Shown here: one piece after another, positions 1-12,846 of the stretch
Layout of the letters: each line of letters opens with the position of its first letter
How positions within the stretch are numbered: position 1 is the stretch's first letter
Origin: Trichoplax adhaerens
Lineage: Eukaryota > Animalia > Placozoa
Assembly (NCBI RefSeq): GCF_000150275.1
Contig: NW_002060949.1
Location: 457,861-521,860 of the forward strand
Length of the DNA stretch: 64,000 nt
Direction of reading: 5' to 3'
Notes under the pieces: generated by a model
Told to the model about the DNA's origin: nothing
Database searches by the model: none
Seen by the model: the letters and a program-made list of their open reading frames with translations, nothing else
Position numbers and translations under genes: made by a program

Positions 1-73
1 TCGCACTCCGACTATGTCCATCCATACTACATATTTTAGTATGCCATATATCGCATAGGGCCATGCAAACAAA

Positions 74-1000
74 CCTTTTTCCCAAATTTTTTAATGAACT
101 GGATTCTTTTCGCTTTTTCAAAAGATTTAATATTTTCTTGTTTTTCCAATAACTTACGGCGTATCTAAGAGCCCATAATATGTATATTCAGAGAAATTAA
201 ATTTACCTTAAAATGATAAAATCTCTTTTACATTAAAATAGTGAATTAATTGAGAAATGCAAGCTTAGATTTTAGTATACTGTCGTGTGATTACATTACA
301 CACTACATACTGTACTGCACAGTAGCTACCCAATTTTACATCAGGTTTTCCCTTTATGAATACGATATATTACACGATCATACAACTAACAGACCTTCTG
401 CATATGAATATCAGACTTTACCATCTCCGCAAAATAGTCAGCTGGACGCTTTGTTATAACATTTTCCGAATGCAGTTTGGGGAGAGCTTCAATCACAGCT
501 TTCTGAGCTTGCCTATAACTGCAGATAAATAACAGTACTTACACTCTACTATGGGACTGTCTCCACACAATTATTCCTACTTTAAATAACATAAATTCTA
601 ATAAAACTTCTTACAATGACGCTTCCCTCTGGAAATCATCATGAATTCTAGCTACATTATCATCACTAAAAGTTTTATCCACAGCTACTTCCTTTGTAGC
701 ATGCAATAGATCCTGAGCTAAGCAGTAACTTAGAGTTACATCAATCCTTTCCAACCAATTAACACCATCGAAAATATCGGAGAGTCTCCGACGCAAGCCT
801 TCCTACGTTTCCGTAAATAAAATAGCAATCGAAAAATTATACGAACAGTACAAGTACAGCATAACTTTCGTAGATTATACATGATATACTCCATATATAT
901 GATCCACTTTCACATCATTACACAGATGTTCCACTACCAAAAGTTAGAAATTACTGACCGTATCGTTATGCTGTGTTCGATGTTCCGCAGCAACATCCAT
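74..1000 (-). CDS. EBNA1BP2: rRNA-processing protein EBP2 (EBNA1-binding protein 2 homolog), multi-exon, 3' end outside the window
   Basis: Candidate ATG at 1000 (MDVAAEHRTQHNDT). Spliced exons read EGLRRRLSDIFDGVNWLERIDVTL...IHDDFQREASF (~613-803), YRQAQKAVIEALPKLHSENVITKRPADYFAEMVKSDIHMQK (~393-519) and IRRKLLEKQENIKSFEKAKRIQFIKKFGKK (~74-164). These match the Ebp2 motif DDFxRExxFYxQA...KRPxDYFAEMxKSD. Confidence 0.92.
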
Positions 1001-1779
1001 TTTAAGACTGTTACGTGGCTAACGCTCTAGATTGGTCTTGTACAAACTACATATATATATGTACTGTATACAGTATATATATCTATATACATAAACTATC
1101 ACCGGCGAACAGCAAGCACTGACTAAGCCCAGTATAATCCAGTAAAGAACTGTACTATAGTTTTACTTTTATCAAAATATAAATTTTGTACTTGTACTTG
1201 TACTGTACAGTACAGTTCTGTAGCGTACAGTACTGTATTTTATTTTGAAATTTTACACATGGTTTTACTGTACAGTACCGTACCAGGACTGTACTGTACT
1301 GTACAGTACTACTGTATGGACTTGTAAAGACTACCGTGGTATTTACTGTAGAAGTCCCTGACTGTACACTGTACAGTACAGTACAGTACAGTAAAACCAT
1401 GTGTAAAATTACGACTGTACCTACGAGCCTGACACGCAAACCGTCGCTTTACTGAATAATTAGTTGTACAGTACGCTACTGTACACTATAGTTCAGCACC
1501 ATGGCATGGGCTACGGTACTGTGCTGTTTACTTTGCTTTACCAACACCGGTACACTGAGTGTAACAGGGGTAACTTCCAAAATACTGTAGGGCCTATGGA
1601 CATGGACCTCAAGATCTCGAGGCCCTTGCACTGTAAGGAAAAAGAGTGATACGCAAAGTACTCAAGCTCCTTTTCTGCACAGGAGGCTGCTGCAGGATGC
1701 TGCTGCATATTATTAGCTAACAGCATTCAATTCTGATAGTTAGTTGTATCTATTTGCCGCGTCTGTTGGATATGTTGTT
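1001..1779. promoter_or_regulatory. Probable bidirectional promoter for EBP2 and WDR36
   Basis: The two start codons are head-to-head and about 780 bp apart. Confidence 0.65.
1060..1560. repeat. TACAG/CTGTA pentamer-rich island in the EBP2/WDR36 divergent intergenic region
   Basis: Runs such as tactgtacagtacagttctgta (1201), ctgtactgtactgtacagtactactgta (~1290) and ctgtacactgtacagtacagtacagtacagta (~1362-1393); palindrome tactgtatacagta at 1062-1075. Confidence 0.85.
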
Positions 1780-4700
1780 ATGGCTCTATCCAATACTTGC
1801 AGCAATCTTTATTCATATTATCGAGCTATAGGATGTATCTGTAACCATGTACCCTATACGATTCAAATTAAAGGTGGTGAACATTTTGTCATTACCTCGA
1901 TTGGGAAAACGTTTCACGTATATAATGTGAGATTTTAGTTTTACGACGTACAGCTATATTCTTTAATGAGCTTTACTTTTTATGTATCAACCCATTACAC
2001 TGCTATATTGTACAATTCTTCAAAATAATACCTTTTATTTCGTTACTATTTTGAACTAATTGCAACTGCGAAGTCTTCAAAACTGAAGCTATTATTTGAA
2101 GGTACGGTAGACTAGCCTTAATGAGATACTGTACAGCGCTGTAATAAAGGAGCGGAAGGAATTTTACTGATATCTTTTTTATATAAATAACTACAGAACC
2201 GATCATATCCTCCATCTCGTCGAATGACAACTTTTAATACTTGTATTTCATTTCAGGACCGCAGCTTCCTAGCGATATCGAATGTCTTACAGTTAACCCT
2301 GACCTAATTTTTGTTGCCTGCTCTAAAGAGATCTTCTCTTTTCATCGCACAGAAAAAGTAATTGCATGCTGACCTTTTTTGCTAGCTCCTTATTCGCATA
2401 ATTCTCTACTTGTGCGAGCCGTTCAGATTTTATCGAATGTATCTCTATTCTATGCTCATCAATTAATGATTGTTCTTACTATTTCGCCAGCGCAATTCCT
2501 TTATTGGCCACTTAGGAAGGATTCATTCCCTTGTTACATTCGGAGAATTTCTATTATCAATTGATGAGAGGAGCAACGTTAAAATTTGGTTTATCGAAAC
2601 TGCAGGTTAATTTTATACCACTCTGAAACAGGTTTTGCTATGTATTGTCATTAGGAAGTAGGAACTGTCAAGTGCTTTACTCACGATTAATGAATGTTTG
2701 CTTTATACTTAGAGCTTTACACAGAGTTTCAGTTTAATAATCAAGAATTTCGTGTCACTTGTGCTATGCACCCAAATACCTACTTAAACAAAGTTTTACT
2801 AGGCTGCCAACAAGGCATGCTGCAATTATGGAACATAAAAACTCAGTAAGAGAGCTCTTATTAACATTGAACGTGTAAAATTATAATTTATAAGTCTAAA
2901 ATGACGACTGACTGTGAATACATAGATCGATTAATTACTTTTTTCGTACTGATAACTGTAACCCCTTTCGTTGTTTTAATCATACACACATATATCAGCA
3001 AGCTTGTGTATACTTTTCGTGGCTGGTCATCATCTGTGTTAACCACTGTACAGGTAAATTTGTATTAGTTGCAAAATTATATAAAATTTTAGGAGGCATA
3101 ATCGGTGTTATTCGGCGCTAAAAGTTCAATGTACTTATGTGCGTATAATTAAAATGCCCAATAGGCTCCAGCTATAGATACTGTAGCTATCGGTCTTGCA
3201 AACGGTTCCTGCATCCTTCACAATCTAAAATTAGACAAAACTTTAATGAAATTTAAGCAAGATTCGGGCCCAATCACTTCCATATCATTTAGAACAGGTA
3301 AATTCACACTGAGGATATACGTATTACACTTCAAGCTCTTTCATTCGCTGCACTTTTTTTACAAAACATGCCGTCTTAAAAGTGCTAAATGACTTCCGAT
3401 TTATCTTAAATGTAATCTCTTAACCAATCAAGATGGAGTTCCAATTATGGCCACCTCCAGTCCATCTGGATACGTATCGTTTTGGAATCTAAATGAACGA
3501 ACGCTTTCATCTACCTTACGAAATGCTCATGGAGGACTTTGTAAGGTAGATTTCGTAGCAGCTCAGCCTTTACTTATTTCCGGTGGTTCTGATAACACAC
3601 TCAAAGTATGCGATAGAATTAAAGAAGTTTACACTCATAGGACAAAATTTCTTCGTTTATACAGTAGCTGAGATAACTAAATTCACTTCTAGGTATGGGT
3701 CTTTGACAAATCCGATGAAAGCGCTAGGATGTTAATATGTCGTTCGGGACATTGTAGACCACCTAATAGAGCGCGATTTTACGGCAATTCCAGTCAATTA
3801 ATTATAAGCTCAGGTATTTTATAAAGTTAAAGTTTTTACTATGTTATCGGCTTTTGATATCTAACCAATCCATAGATGCAACTGGTTCTCTAAGAATTTC
3901 TTCCGTTGTTAATGATGCCTACGCTCACGAATTATCGAAAGGTTCGCCATTGCATCTGATTTTAGTGTTAACAAAGTAATCTTTCATTACTTTAATAACT
4001 GAAGCAACGAAATAATATTTAATTGTTTTGTATTAACTACATAACGTTCTATTGAAATAATTTCAAAAGGATACGGCAATGAAAAAAGGATTGAAGTTAG
4101 AAATGCCAACATACCACAAATAACGGCCTTCGCGTCAGGTAATCATAATTTACTTAATATCTTAAAATATTAGTACAAGAGTACATTACTACAGGATATT
4201 TACTCACAGTCTACTCTAACCAGATTCTGCTAGAGAAAAAGAGTGGGATAGTATCGTATCATGTCACCTCGGTAGAGCTGCAGCTCTTATGTGGAGCTTT
4301 CGTAACAAAAGTATTGGCAAGCACAGGTTACGACCACCATCGGATCAACTGGAAAACAATGGTCTAACAACTGCTACCGCTGTAACCATCACGAGTTGTG
4401 GAAATTTCGCTATTGTAGGACTATCTACTGGCTATGTAAATAAATTTAATATACAATCGGGCCAATACAGAGGCTCTTACGGAAATCCGAAAGGTATAGA
4501 TAATTACTTACGTAATAGTAATACGAATATGCCAGCACTCTAGAAACCTACACCATTCTTAGATTAAGCTAATGGTAATCTTCATTTTAAAGCTCATGCA
4601 GATTCCGTGCAATGCATTCTTAATGATGCCTGTAATCGTCATTTAATAACTGGTGGCTCTGATAAAATACTACAGGTTCACTTAGATTCTTTTATTAAAG

Positions 4701-6979
4701 CTTTTTACATAGTACTAAAGTGCACCATTGTTATTTATAACACGCTGTTGATAAATAACTATATAGAATATTCCTAACAAACACAATAATTAATTCTCTA
4801 TTCTTGACTGTACGAGTATAGTGTTGGAATTTACACAGCCGTACCCAAGTTAGTTTAGTCACATTTAACACCCCTGTAAGTCTTGGAACGATACACAAAG
4901 AGAGGTAGTATTTCAGAATCTGAAAAGCACTTGTCATTCTGTACGTATCTACACTATGGTAACGGTCATTCATTAACAGGAGCTATTTATATTTACAATT
5001 AGCTGCCTTGTCGCAATCGCATGTGAAGATTTTACCTGCTACGTTGTTGATATCGACATGATGAGAATCATCAGATCCTTTTCTGGACATGAAAACTGCA
5101 TAACAGATTTGGTAGCTATGCCATTGAACCACAAGTTATCAAAATACAGTATATAAAACTTAATTTTTCGTTTATTCTTTAACCCTTATCAAGGCGCTAA
5201 GTTTTGACTCTCGATGGTTAACGACATCTTCGGTAGACGGATCAATTAGAACATGGGATATACCATCGGCAAGGTACCACTCATCTTCAAGCGCAATTGT
5301 TGTACATTAACAAAGAATTTTTGATACCTTATGAGGAAATTCAAATTATTCCCTTTTATCAACCTCACCTGGTTTTATACTATAGGCTAATCGACACATT
5401 TCAGCTAGAATCACCAGTGACAAGTCTCTGTTTTTCTTCTACTGGAGAATATTTGGTTATAACACTTGCAGACAGTGTCGGATTGCATCTTTGGTGGGTT
5501 CTGCACACTAAAATCTTGATAAATTTATGATGCACACCTATTAAATTTTTTATGTATTTATATTGCAATTGGCGTAGGTCAAGTAAAATTATTTATTCTT
5601 CAGTACCGTTTCTCTCGATATCGCCGACATCTATGGAGCTGAAAGGTAAAGCTAGCTTAATCAGCTAAAACTTATTGGCGCAATGTATCTAACTTCACCT
5701 TTCAATCCTACTGGATACAGTATCTGCTGTAAAAGAATTTGTAGTAATCGAGATAGATGACCTTTAGCGGCATTAGTAAAACATCCCTTCTGATTCCGTT
5801 AATGGTCTATTTTCCAATTAAAAATAATAAATGTAAACATTATCGATAGAAATAAACCCAAGAAAACTTGAATATTTTGGAGATCATGCTTCACTACAAA
5901 GCTTGCAATCTTATATTTCAGAAAAAACTGTGATCATCGACAATACTGACCATCAGATTAAGCATGTCGGCGCTAGACATAATAATGAGCCTAGTAACCT
6001 CATCACGTTATCCCAATTGCCTCATACACATTGGAGAAACATAACAAACCTGGAAGTCATTCGTGTAAGGATCTAATTTGCAAAATGTGCCATTTCACCT
6101 CTTTACATATATTTCATCCAATATCAAACTTGTAGCAACGTAATAAGCCGAAGGAACAGGATGTAACAGTGAAGCCAGTGCCTTTTTTTCTACGTCACAG
6201 TAAAAGCCCCAAGACAGATCCTACCAAGTCAGAATCTGAGGTATCAGTAATATTTTCAAGATGGTAATCATTTCTGAATAAATGTATAGAAAAGAAAGAA
6301 GCATTGCTTATTGTTATGGCCAATAATTAACATATGCCATGATTATCACCTAGAAAACGAATCTGCGTGGAGTAATTAATGCTGTTGTAACGTCACGCTC
6401 CAGTTTGCAAGAGACTTTAACTCTATATCCGAAGATTCGAAAGAGTATGTGACAACTTAGTAAACACACTACTTATGTAAAGAGTATAGTTACATATTTA
6501 ACGAAGCATCTCCACCCTTAAATTATAAACATTGAGATTAGGTTCTGATGGTATTAGCATCATGAAATCTCTGGGACCATCAGCTATAGACTTTGAAATC
6601 CGCATGTTAGGACCGGATACTGGAGGAAGCCATGACTTACTCGGAAGCTTTATGTTACTTTGTGAAGACCTACTTAAAACTGGAAATGATTACGAAATCG
6701 TGCAGTCATATTTGTCGCTATTCTTACAGGTAGACGGAGGATTCAGAAATCTTGCATGATTCCTGTAATTAGAGAAGAAGATATAATAACTTTTTGATTG
6801 ATTTATGACTTACTATCCGATAATTGTAGGTTCATATGAAGACAATTACCGACAATCAGATTTTACGCAATCAAGCAAAGTGTCTTCTTGAGGCAATTAA
6901 TCAAACTTGGCCCACGACAGCGAAACTACTGGATGAAAATTTATGCCTTGTTTCTTACTGTAAAAATCTCGTACTATAG
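1780..6979 (+). CDS. WDR36: WD repeat-containing protein 36 / Utp21 (SSU processome), many short exons
   Basis: N-terminus MALSNTCSNLYSYYRAIGCICNHVPY...FVITSIGKTFHVYN; CAMHPNTYLNKVLLG; WD repeats (GHENCITDL..SFDSRWLTTSSVDGSIRTWDIPS); Utp21 C-terminus LITLSQLPHTHWRNITNLEVIR/QRNKPKE...PFF and MKSLGPSAIDFEIRML. Stop TAG at 6977-6979. Confidence 0.95.
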
Positions 6980-7926
6980 GCTACATTATCATGTATCGAA
7001 GAATGCGAATGCATGGTAGAGTAAATACAGCGAATAAAACGATACTATGAATCATACCAATGCTGAATCTGCAAATTCCTATCAGCCAATACAGTATTTG
7101 CCAAATATTATGAACCAATAGTTTACAAGTGTTTTAAATTTTACATCGGCAGTAATGTGGCTAAATTTATTAAAATTCTGACAAAGGCGCTCATATTGGA
7201 ATATCAGTACTGCACAATATTGTAGCATTCATTAACAGTGACAGTAGGCTTTCGTATTCTCTCAGCAGAATAGTAGTAGTATCCCAGTTGTGGACTAACA
7301 AACGCGATTATGTACTTCAAAATAATATTATCTCTAAAGACTTTTAACACAATTGAAGGTCATATCTTACTATATACTTACTCTGTCAAAATTTACATCA
7401 GTTATATTAATTATTAAGAACTACAGAAGCGGAGCACCGAAATATGACATGGTTGTAAAATGATTTGAAAATTTATTCAAACATACGTATGTCTATTACA
7501 TCGAGATGAAGCCTGATGTTTCAATTTAAAGAGTTTGGTTCTAAGGTATTAAAATGAAAATAATTATGAATTATAGTGAAACTTGGATTAATTAAAATAT
7601 ATTGCATCATTAACTAGTAATGATGTCCTTCGTTTCTTGAGCATCTTACAATAAGAATTGTTTGGTTTAATCGATCAGCGCTAGGCATATCTAGTAAAAA
7701 TAGCTACACTTTTTATTGCACGGGTACGTATGAGCATCCGACTATAAAGCCTTTGCACTTACCACGAGCGTTAATTATTATCCTCAAAAAGAGTAATTTC
7801 TACAACTAGCATATTGTGTAATCCTGACTTATAACAACTTAAACTATAAGTTTACCAACATTATCTTGACAAAAATTTTAAACTACAGCTTTATTATATG
7901 GTTATCGATATACGGCGCCTTTACAA

Positions 7927-9929
7927 TTATGTCAACTTCAAAATAACAGTAAACTTCTCCCACTTTCCGTGTTCGTCTTTTCTCAGGCTGCCAATAACCT
8001 TATCGTTGCTTTATAGGGATGAGAAAATAAGCATGTAGGTTTAGAGATAGCACTTAGTCACTAATAGTAATTACAAGTACTGTTTAATTAAATAAATCAT
8101 TCTTGCATAATGTAAAGTGTTACTAGCTTTTATATAACAGTAGGTAGTATTCTAATTCATTAAATCAAATATATATTTCCTCCGTGAAATTTTCAAATAT
8201 TACTAGCTGAAATCCTAACCAGTCATCATGATTGATTACTGATATTAACCTTAAAACGAGGCTATCATGTAGAACATGCAGCTGATTTATAGGCTTAAAT
8301 ATCCTTAGCGCGACACGTTTCTTTAAATCCTGAACGGTGTCAGTGTCTCTTACAGTGATTCTAAAATATAACAGAATCATGTTTACGTGTAAAGCCTTAC
8401 AATCTCAAAAACTCGTTAGCGAATATGCTACAAAATACAGCATACTGCATTTACACTCCGTACTACGACAAATCCCTAGGTTATTATTACAAATATCTTA
8501 CTTTATTTCAGGAATGAGAGTCTCTGTTGAATCGACATTCACAGACTTTATATCTTCAATATCTTCATTATCACTGTCATTGAATTCAGCTTCACCTTTA
8601 TAATATTATTACAGCAACAAGACTGATTTACTACTCTTCAGTAAATAATTTATCTAGTGATAGTTTCTGCACAGATAGTGTAATACGCTGAGGTAGATAA
8701 TACGAATGATTCATTTTTCTAATTATCTGATGCTTGACCACCATAATAATGTATGAATATGACTGGCTGTCATATTACTACAGCATGAGCCAAATAATAT
8801 AGTATACGAATACTGTCCTGAAAACGGTCATTCACTACAAATTAATTATAGATTATTAACCAATTTATTTGATCGCACTAAAAGAGGGCTTCATGTTACT
8901 ATCCGAAAAGTAGTTGACAACCCCCTTAATGCGTAACAATACAAAGCTACAACCGGCAATATAAGTAGACCATAAACGCGAAAGTAATAATAAAATCTCG
9001 GATTGTAATGCTCTTGTATCCATCGCATTTTCTTATGGTATCAATGTTGGCTTCGTAATAACTGATTGAAACTAGCAATTAAAAGCTGAAATTGTTAGCG
9101 TACCTTCTTGTTCCGCAAACTGTAACTGATAGTATAGGCAATTTGGATCACGGAACGACTTTGGCCAATTGTATCCCTTCCCTTGCGGCTTATAAGGTTG
9201 CTTTCTTATTCCAGAATCTTTTGCATTGAAACCAATTCCATATACATAATGTAATTGTTTATTTCCGTCTGTAGCAGGTCCTTTAGTGACGTAATGCAGT
9301 TTAAAGTTATGTTGCGCAGGCAAAGCTTTTCCTATAGAAGTATTAACATCCATTAATACCAGCGAAATTTTACGACATGAAATAAAATAAGCTGATTGAC
9401 TTCATAACTATTAACCTCTTTCATAGCCTTCTAAATTTGCGTGATAGAAATACCCTGTTTTAACTTTACCATGATCGTCGGCTGAAGAAATAGCCGCATT
9501 TTCTTTCGATCTATATCTTACAGTACCATGAGTCAAATCGACTATAGGATGAGAATCCAGTGCTGGCTGTTGTAGTAGAAAAGAATACAGTAGTCATCAG
9601 ATAAAAAATACGAGTGTTCTATCAAGTTGAGTCATCATAATGTTAAAAACTATAGAAAAATTATAAAATCTGATAGCGGTAATAAATCAATACAATGATC
9701 AGATTTTTAAAACCTCATGGTATAGATTTCTATTACATGTACGTATAGTCTCAAATCACGCTGTATATAAATATCGCCTGTTATTACGCTATGTATAAAC
9801 AAGAATAGAATAATCCTAACGTTGTAAACATTATACCTTCTCATCCCCGATTTTTTGAGCTGTCTTTCTCGCTAGTTCCTCTCGAGGGCTAATCATTAAA
9901 TTAGCCTGCGTGGAAGCCCCTGTACCCAT
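7927..9929 (-). CDS. Uncharacterised protein: N-terminal MGxxxS myristoylation-like motif, acidic linker, C-terminal ubiquitin-like domain
   Basis: Phase-compatible exons: MGTGASTQANLMISPREELARKTAQKIGDEK | PALDSHPIVDLTHG...DDH | GKALPAQHNFKLHYV...QFAEQE | ENAMDTRALQSEILLLLSRLWSTYIA | GEAEFNDSDNEDIEDIK...PEIK | ITVRDTDTVQDLKKRVALRIFKPINQLHVLHDSLVL | SNDKVIGSLRKDEHGKWEKFTVILKLT*. The last two exons follow the ubiquitin-fold pattern. Middle exons are less certain, and an AG directly before the ATG suggests an upstream intron. Confidence 0.6.
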
Positions 9930-11405
9930 CTGTCATAATTAATATAATTAATTAAAACCAGTCAAAAAGTCCATGAATCTTAAAAGGTATGATCATTTAT
10001 TTTACGGGAAGGATACCAGAAAAATGGAATTAGCACCTGTAGGTTTCAAGTAACATACGAACAGTAATGCGGTAATGTCGTTTGCTTCACGGAATTACTA
10101 TCAACTCTAAGCATAAATATGCAATCTATAAATTTGAGCATGTTGCACTGCTTGCAATTTTAATGATATTGCACAGCTGCAACATTTGTAATATTTCTAA
10201 AATTATCCAGATAGAATAGTCTATTACCTCTTTAATAATGTTAACATACCTAGCAACTGTATTGCATAAGTGTATTAGGAGAAAAAGCGTGAAGTTACTT
10301 ATAATGTAAGTGTAAATGGATACGTATTGAGGAAGTAACTACAGTAAAATGTGTGACACTGCTAACCAGACATGGATAATCTAATGAAAAGAACACAGCT
10401 GAGATTCAAACCTTGATGGATTGTAATCATGCGACAACTATATATAACTTAAATCTAAGATTTGCAATAAAGTAACATATCAATTAATTATTTGCAGTAG
10501 CTGAGAATCAAGCCTCGATTTCCTATTGTAACTTAATTTATTGCATTTGAAGGAATTCGATTTTTTTTCTAAAACAATCGTTAATAACTTGGCACGATGA
10601 AATTGTAAACTTCAGCTTTGTGCTTCCAACTGTTATACGCGTCTACTCGTATACTGTACTGTAATAAGAATTAAGATTAAACTTACAGTTAAGAATATTA
10701 ACCTTAATAGTTGACCGTTTCTAGATAATTTTTTTGCTTACGTTCCTAATGTGTATAACGCCTTGATACGCGTATAGTACACTGTTTTACTACGTGTATC
10801 AAATCTTGCAAATAAATTATATATTGTCTTCTTTCAAAATCAATAACAATTATTATTGCATACGATAATGGTCAATGAAGCACAATATTTCGCCTTAACT
10901 GCTAGCTAATCGTACGTTATGATAATTATAATTGAAATAAATAAATAAAATGAATGACCATTACTCTTATATTAAGTATAACAAATAAATACATAATCAT
11001 ATATAATATAATTCATTAAGTAGCACATCACATACTGTGCTACAAATCATGTGTACGTATAATTATGAGTATGATCAAAAAAGATTTTCGCCCTACCTTG
11101 TTATATCAGATGAGTATAGAAATATCATTTAATGATATGATTGACTACTGAGTCCAATAAGTCCTAATGATATAATCACATAAGAGTGAAAACCCAGATG
11201 AACCCTGCTAATTAACTGTACTTGTATAATGGCAGCAATTTATGTGTTGGGCTTACGCATTCATGCTTCCTCTATCAGCTGTAATTTATTTGAAAAATAC
11301 TATACAAGTATACATACACTTGCAGTATACGTTAACCTTAAATTAGATCGCTTCGAAACCAAACACTGAACATCGAATTGGAAGACATTCCCTAGATACA
11401 CCAAA

Positions 11406-11413
11406 TGACGTCA
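11406..11413. promoter_or_regulatory. Full CRE palindrome TGACGTCA at the edge of the promoter island
   Basis: Exact match to the CREB/ATF consensus, next to the TACAG island and upstream of putative 5' UTR exons of the Ubl gene. Confidence 0.35.
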
Positions 11414-11449
11414 CAATTGCGACTTGCAAGTACTGTAGAGTTGCAAGTT

Positions 11450-12265
11450 CATAGTACTGTACTGTACAGTGTACAGTGTACAGTGTACAGTGTACAGTAC
11501 TGTACTTTATAGCAAATGTAATAGCACAATCCAGGGTATCTACAGTATGTTAACTTCACGGACACATTCACTAAACTTTACCCCAACTGTCTATGCAAGA
11601 ATTGTTCAATCAACTCATTCTCTTTCATTAGGTATAAAATTTATTTGTAAAAAACAAAAATTTTTTTATACAGTACATTTATTTGCAAGTACTGTACAAA
11701 AAAATGGAAAAATTCACCGTCCACAGTGTACAGTACAATACTGAGTATGGAAAATACTACCGTGTTCTGTACTGTACTGCCTTATTAAACAGTTAACTTC
11801 ACAGAATCACGTACTGTACTGTACTGTACATACAGTACACAGTACGCGAAGTATCGTAGAATGTTCTGTACAGTACAGTACAGTACACTGTACTGCACAG
11901 TACAAACTGCGTGTTCTTTCGTCAGCCGATTCCGACAAACCAGTAGACAAACGGTGTAGCTACTGTATGTTAAGCAAGAGTACGAGTACTGTAAGTGTAC
12001 GCTTGTACAGTACAGACTGTACAGACTGTACACTGTACAGTACAGTAAACGGACAGTCAGGTAGAGAAAACTTTCCGCTACTTTATACTGTACTGTACAG
12101 TACAGATTCTGTACAGGAGAAAGACGTACGTACAGTACAGTACAGTACAGTACAGTACGTAGTGTACTGTACTAGACAGTACAGTATAAGACTGTACTGT
12201 ACTGTACCGTATACTGTATGGACATACTGTACACACCGTAATGCAAACTATACTGTACAATGTTA
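11450..12265. repeat. Large TACAG/CTGTA island between the divergent Ubl gene and KDM4 (probable bidirectional promoter)
   Basis: Examples: gtactgtactgtacagtgtacagtgtacagtgtacagtgtacagtactgta (~11455-11504) and tacagtacagtacagtacagtacagta (12131-12157), plus many mixed-orientation units. Confidence 0.85.
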
Positions 12266-12762
12266 AAAATGATTCAAAACTGGACAGGTATCATATTACC
12301 TTAAAGGTACAGTATCGGAGAAGACGTGTAATAGAGGATTGGAAGACCGTTAAGCTCGGTTTATGTTATTAGTTGAAACTCGTTTTCTAGATCAAGATTT
12401 CCGTTAACGAGCAAGCCCCAACTGCCATTGGATACGGCAAATGCAGGATTCCTTTTTTACCACTTCATTATTGGCATACTAGCTAGCTAAAGAGTACGCT
12501 TTACTTAAACTGTATCTGTATATCGTGCATCGAAGAGTCTAGCTAAAGGTAGGGTACGAAAATGTAATCTAACGACCTATTACAGCTTATTGTTTACTAT
12601 CTAGTTGAAATTAATTTGCACTGAAATACTGTAAATTGGGACCTTTTGCAGTATTTGGAAATTATATTATGTTATGAATCAACTTATGATTGGAAAAAAT
12701 CAAGCATTGACTGATGCCCTGACACCAACTCTTTGCACCGTTCTAAAGCCATGTTTATATAG

Positions 12763-12846
12763 TATATACTATACTGTGTACAGTACTGTACAGTACTGTA
12801 TGCAGTACTATATATCATATATATAGTATATACAGTATAGTATATA
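12763..12846. repeat. Nested AT/TACAG inverted repeat (hairpin- or cruciform-capable)
   Basis: tatatactatactgtgta (12763-12780) pairs with tatacagtatagtatata (12829-12846) with 1 mismatch; an inner tactatatat/atatatagta pair is also present. Confidence 0.6.

Noticed and set aside
7927-9929. Assignment of the Ubl gene to UBTD1/2
   Set aside because: Similar overall layout, but the conserved UBTD N-terminal motifs (EFWDTAP, EIWDAL) are absent.
9930-10016. U12-type intron (GTATCCTTC donor) upstream of the Ubl gene ATG
   Set aside because: No TCCTTAAC branch site near the acceptor, and the upstream exon cannot be verified.
11450-12265. CRISPR-like or telomere-like array
   Set aside because: No constant repeat with unique spacers; units are 5-7 bp in mixed orientation within a eukaryotic gene context.
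11469-12266. Several ORFs rich in Y/S/T/V/Q/C/L (also 1155-1439, 12684-12869 and 35916-36317)
   Set aside because: They are translations of the stop-poor TACAG/CTGTA repeats, open on both strands, with no protein-like features.
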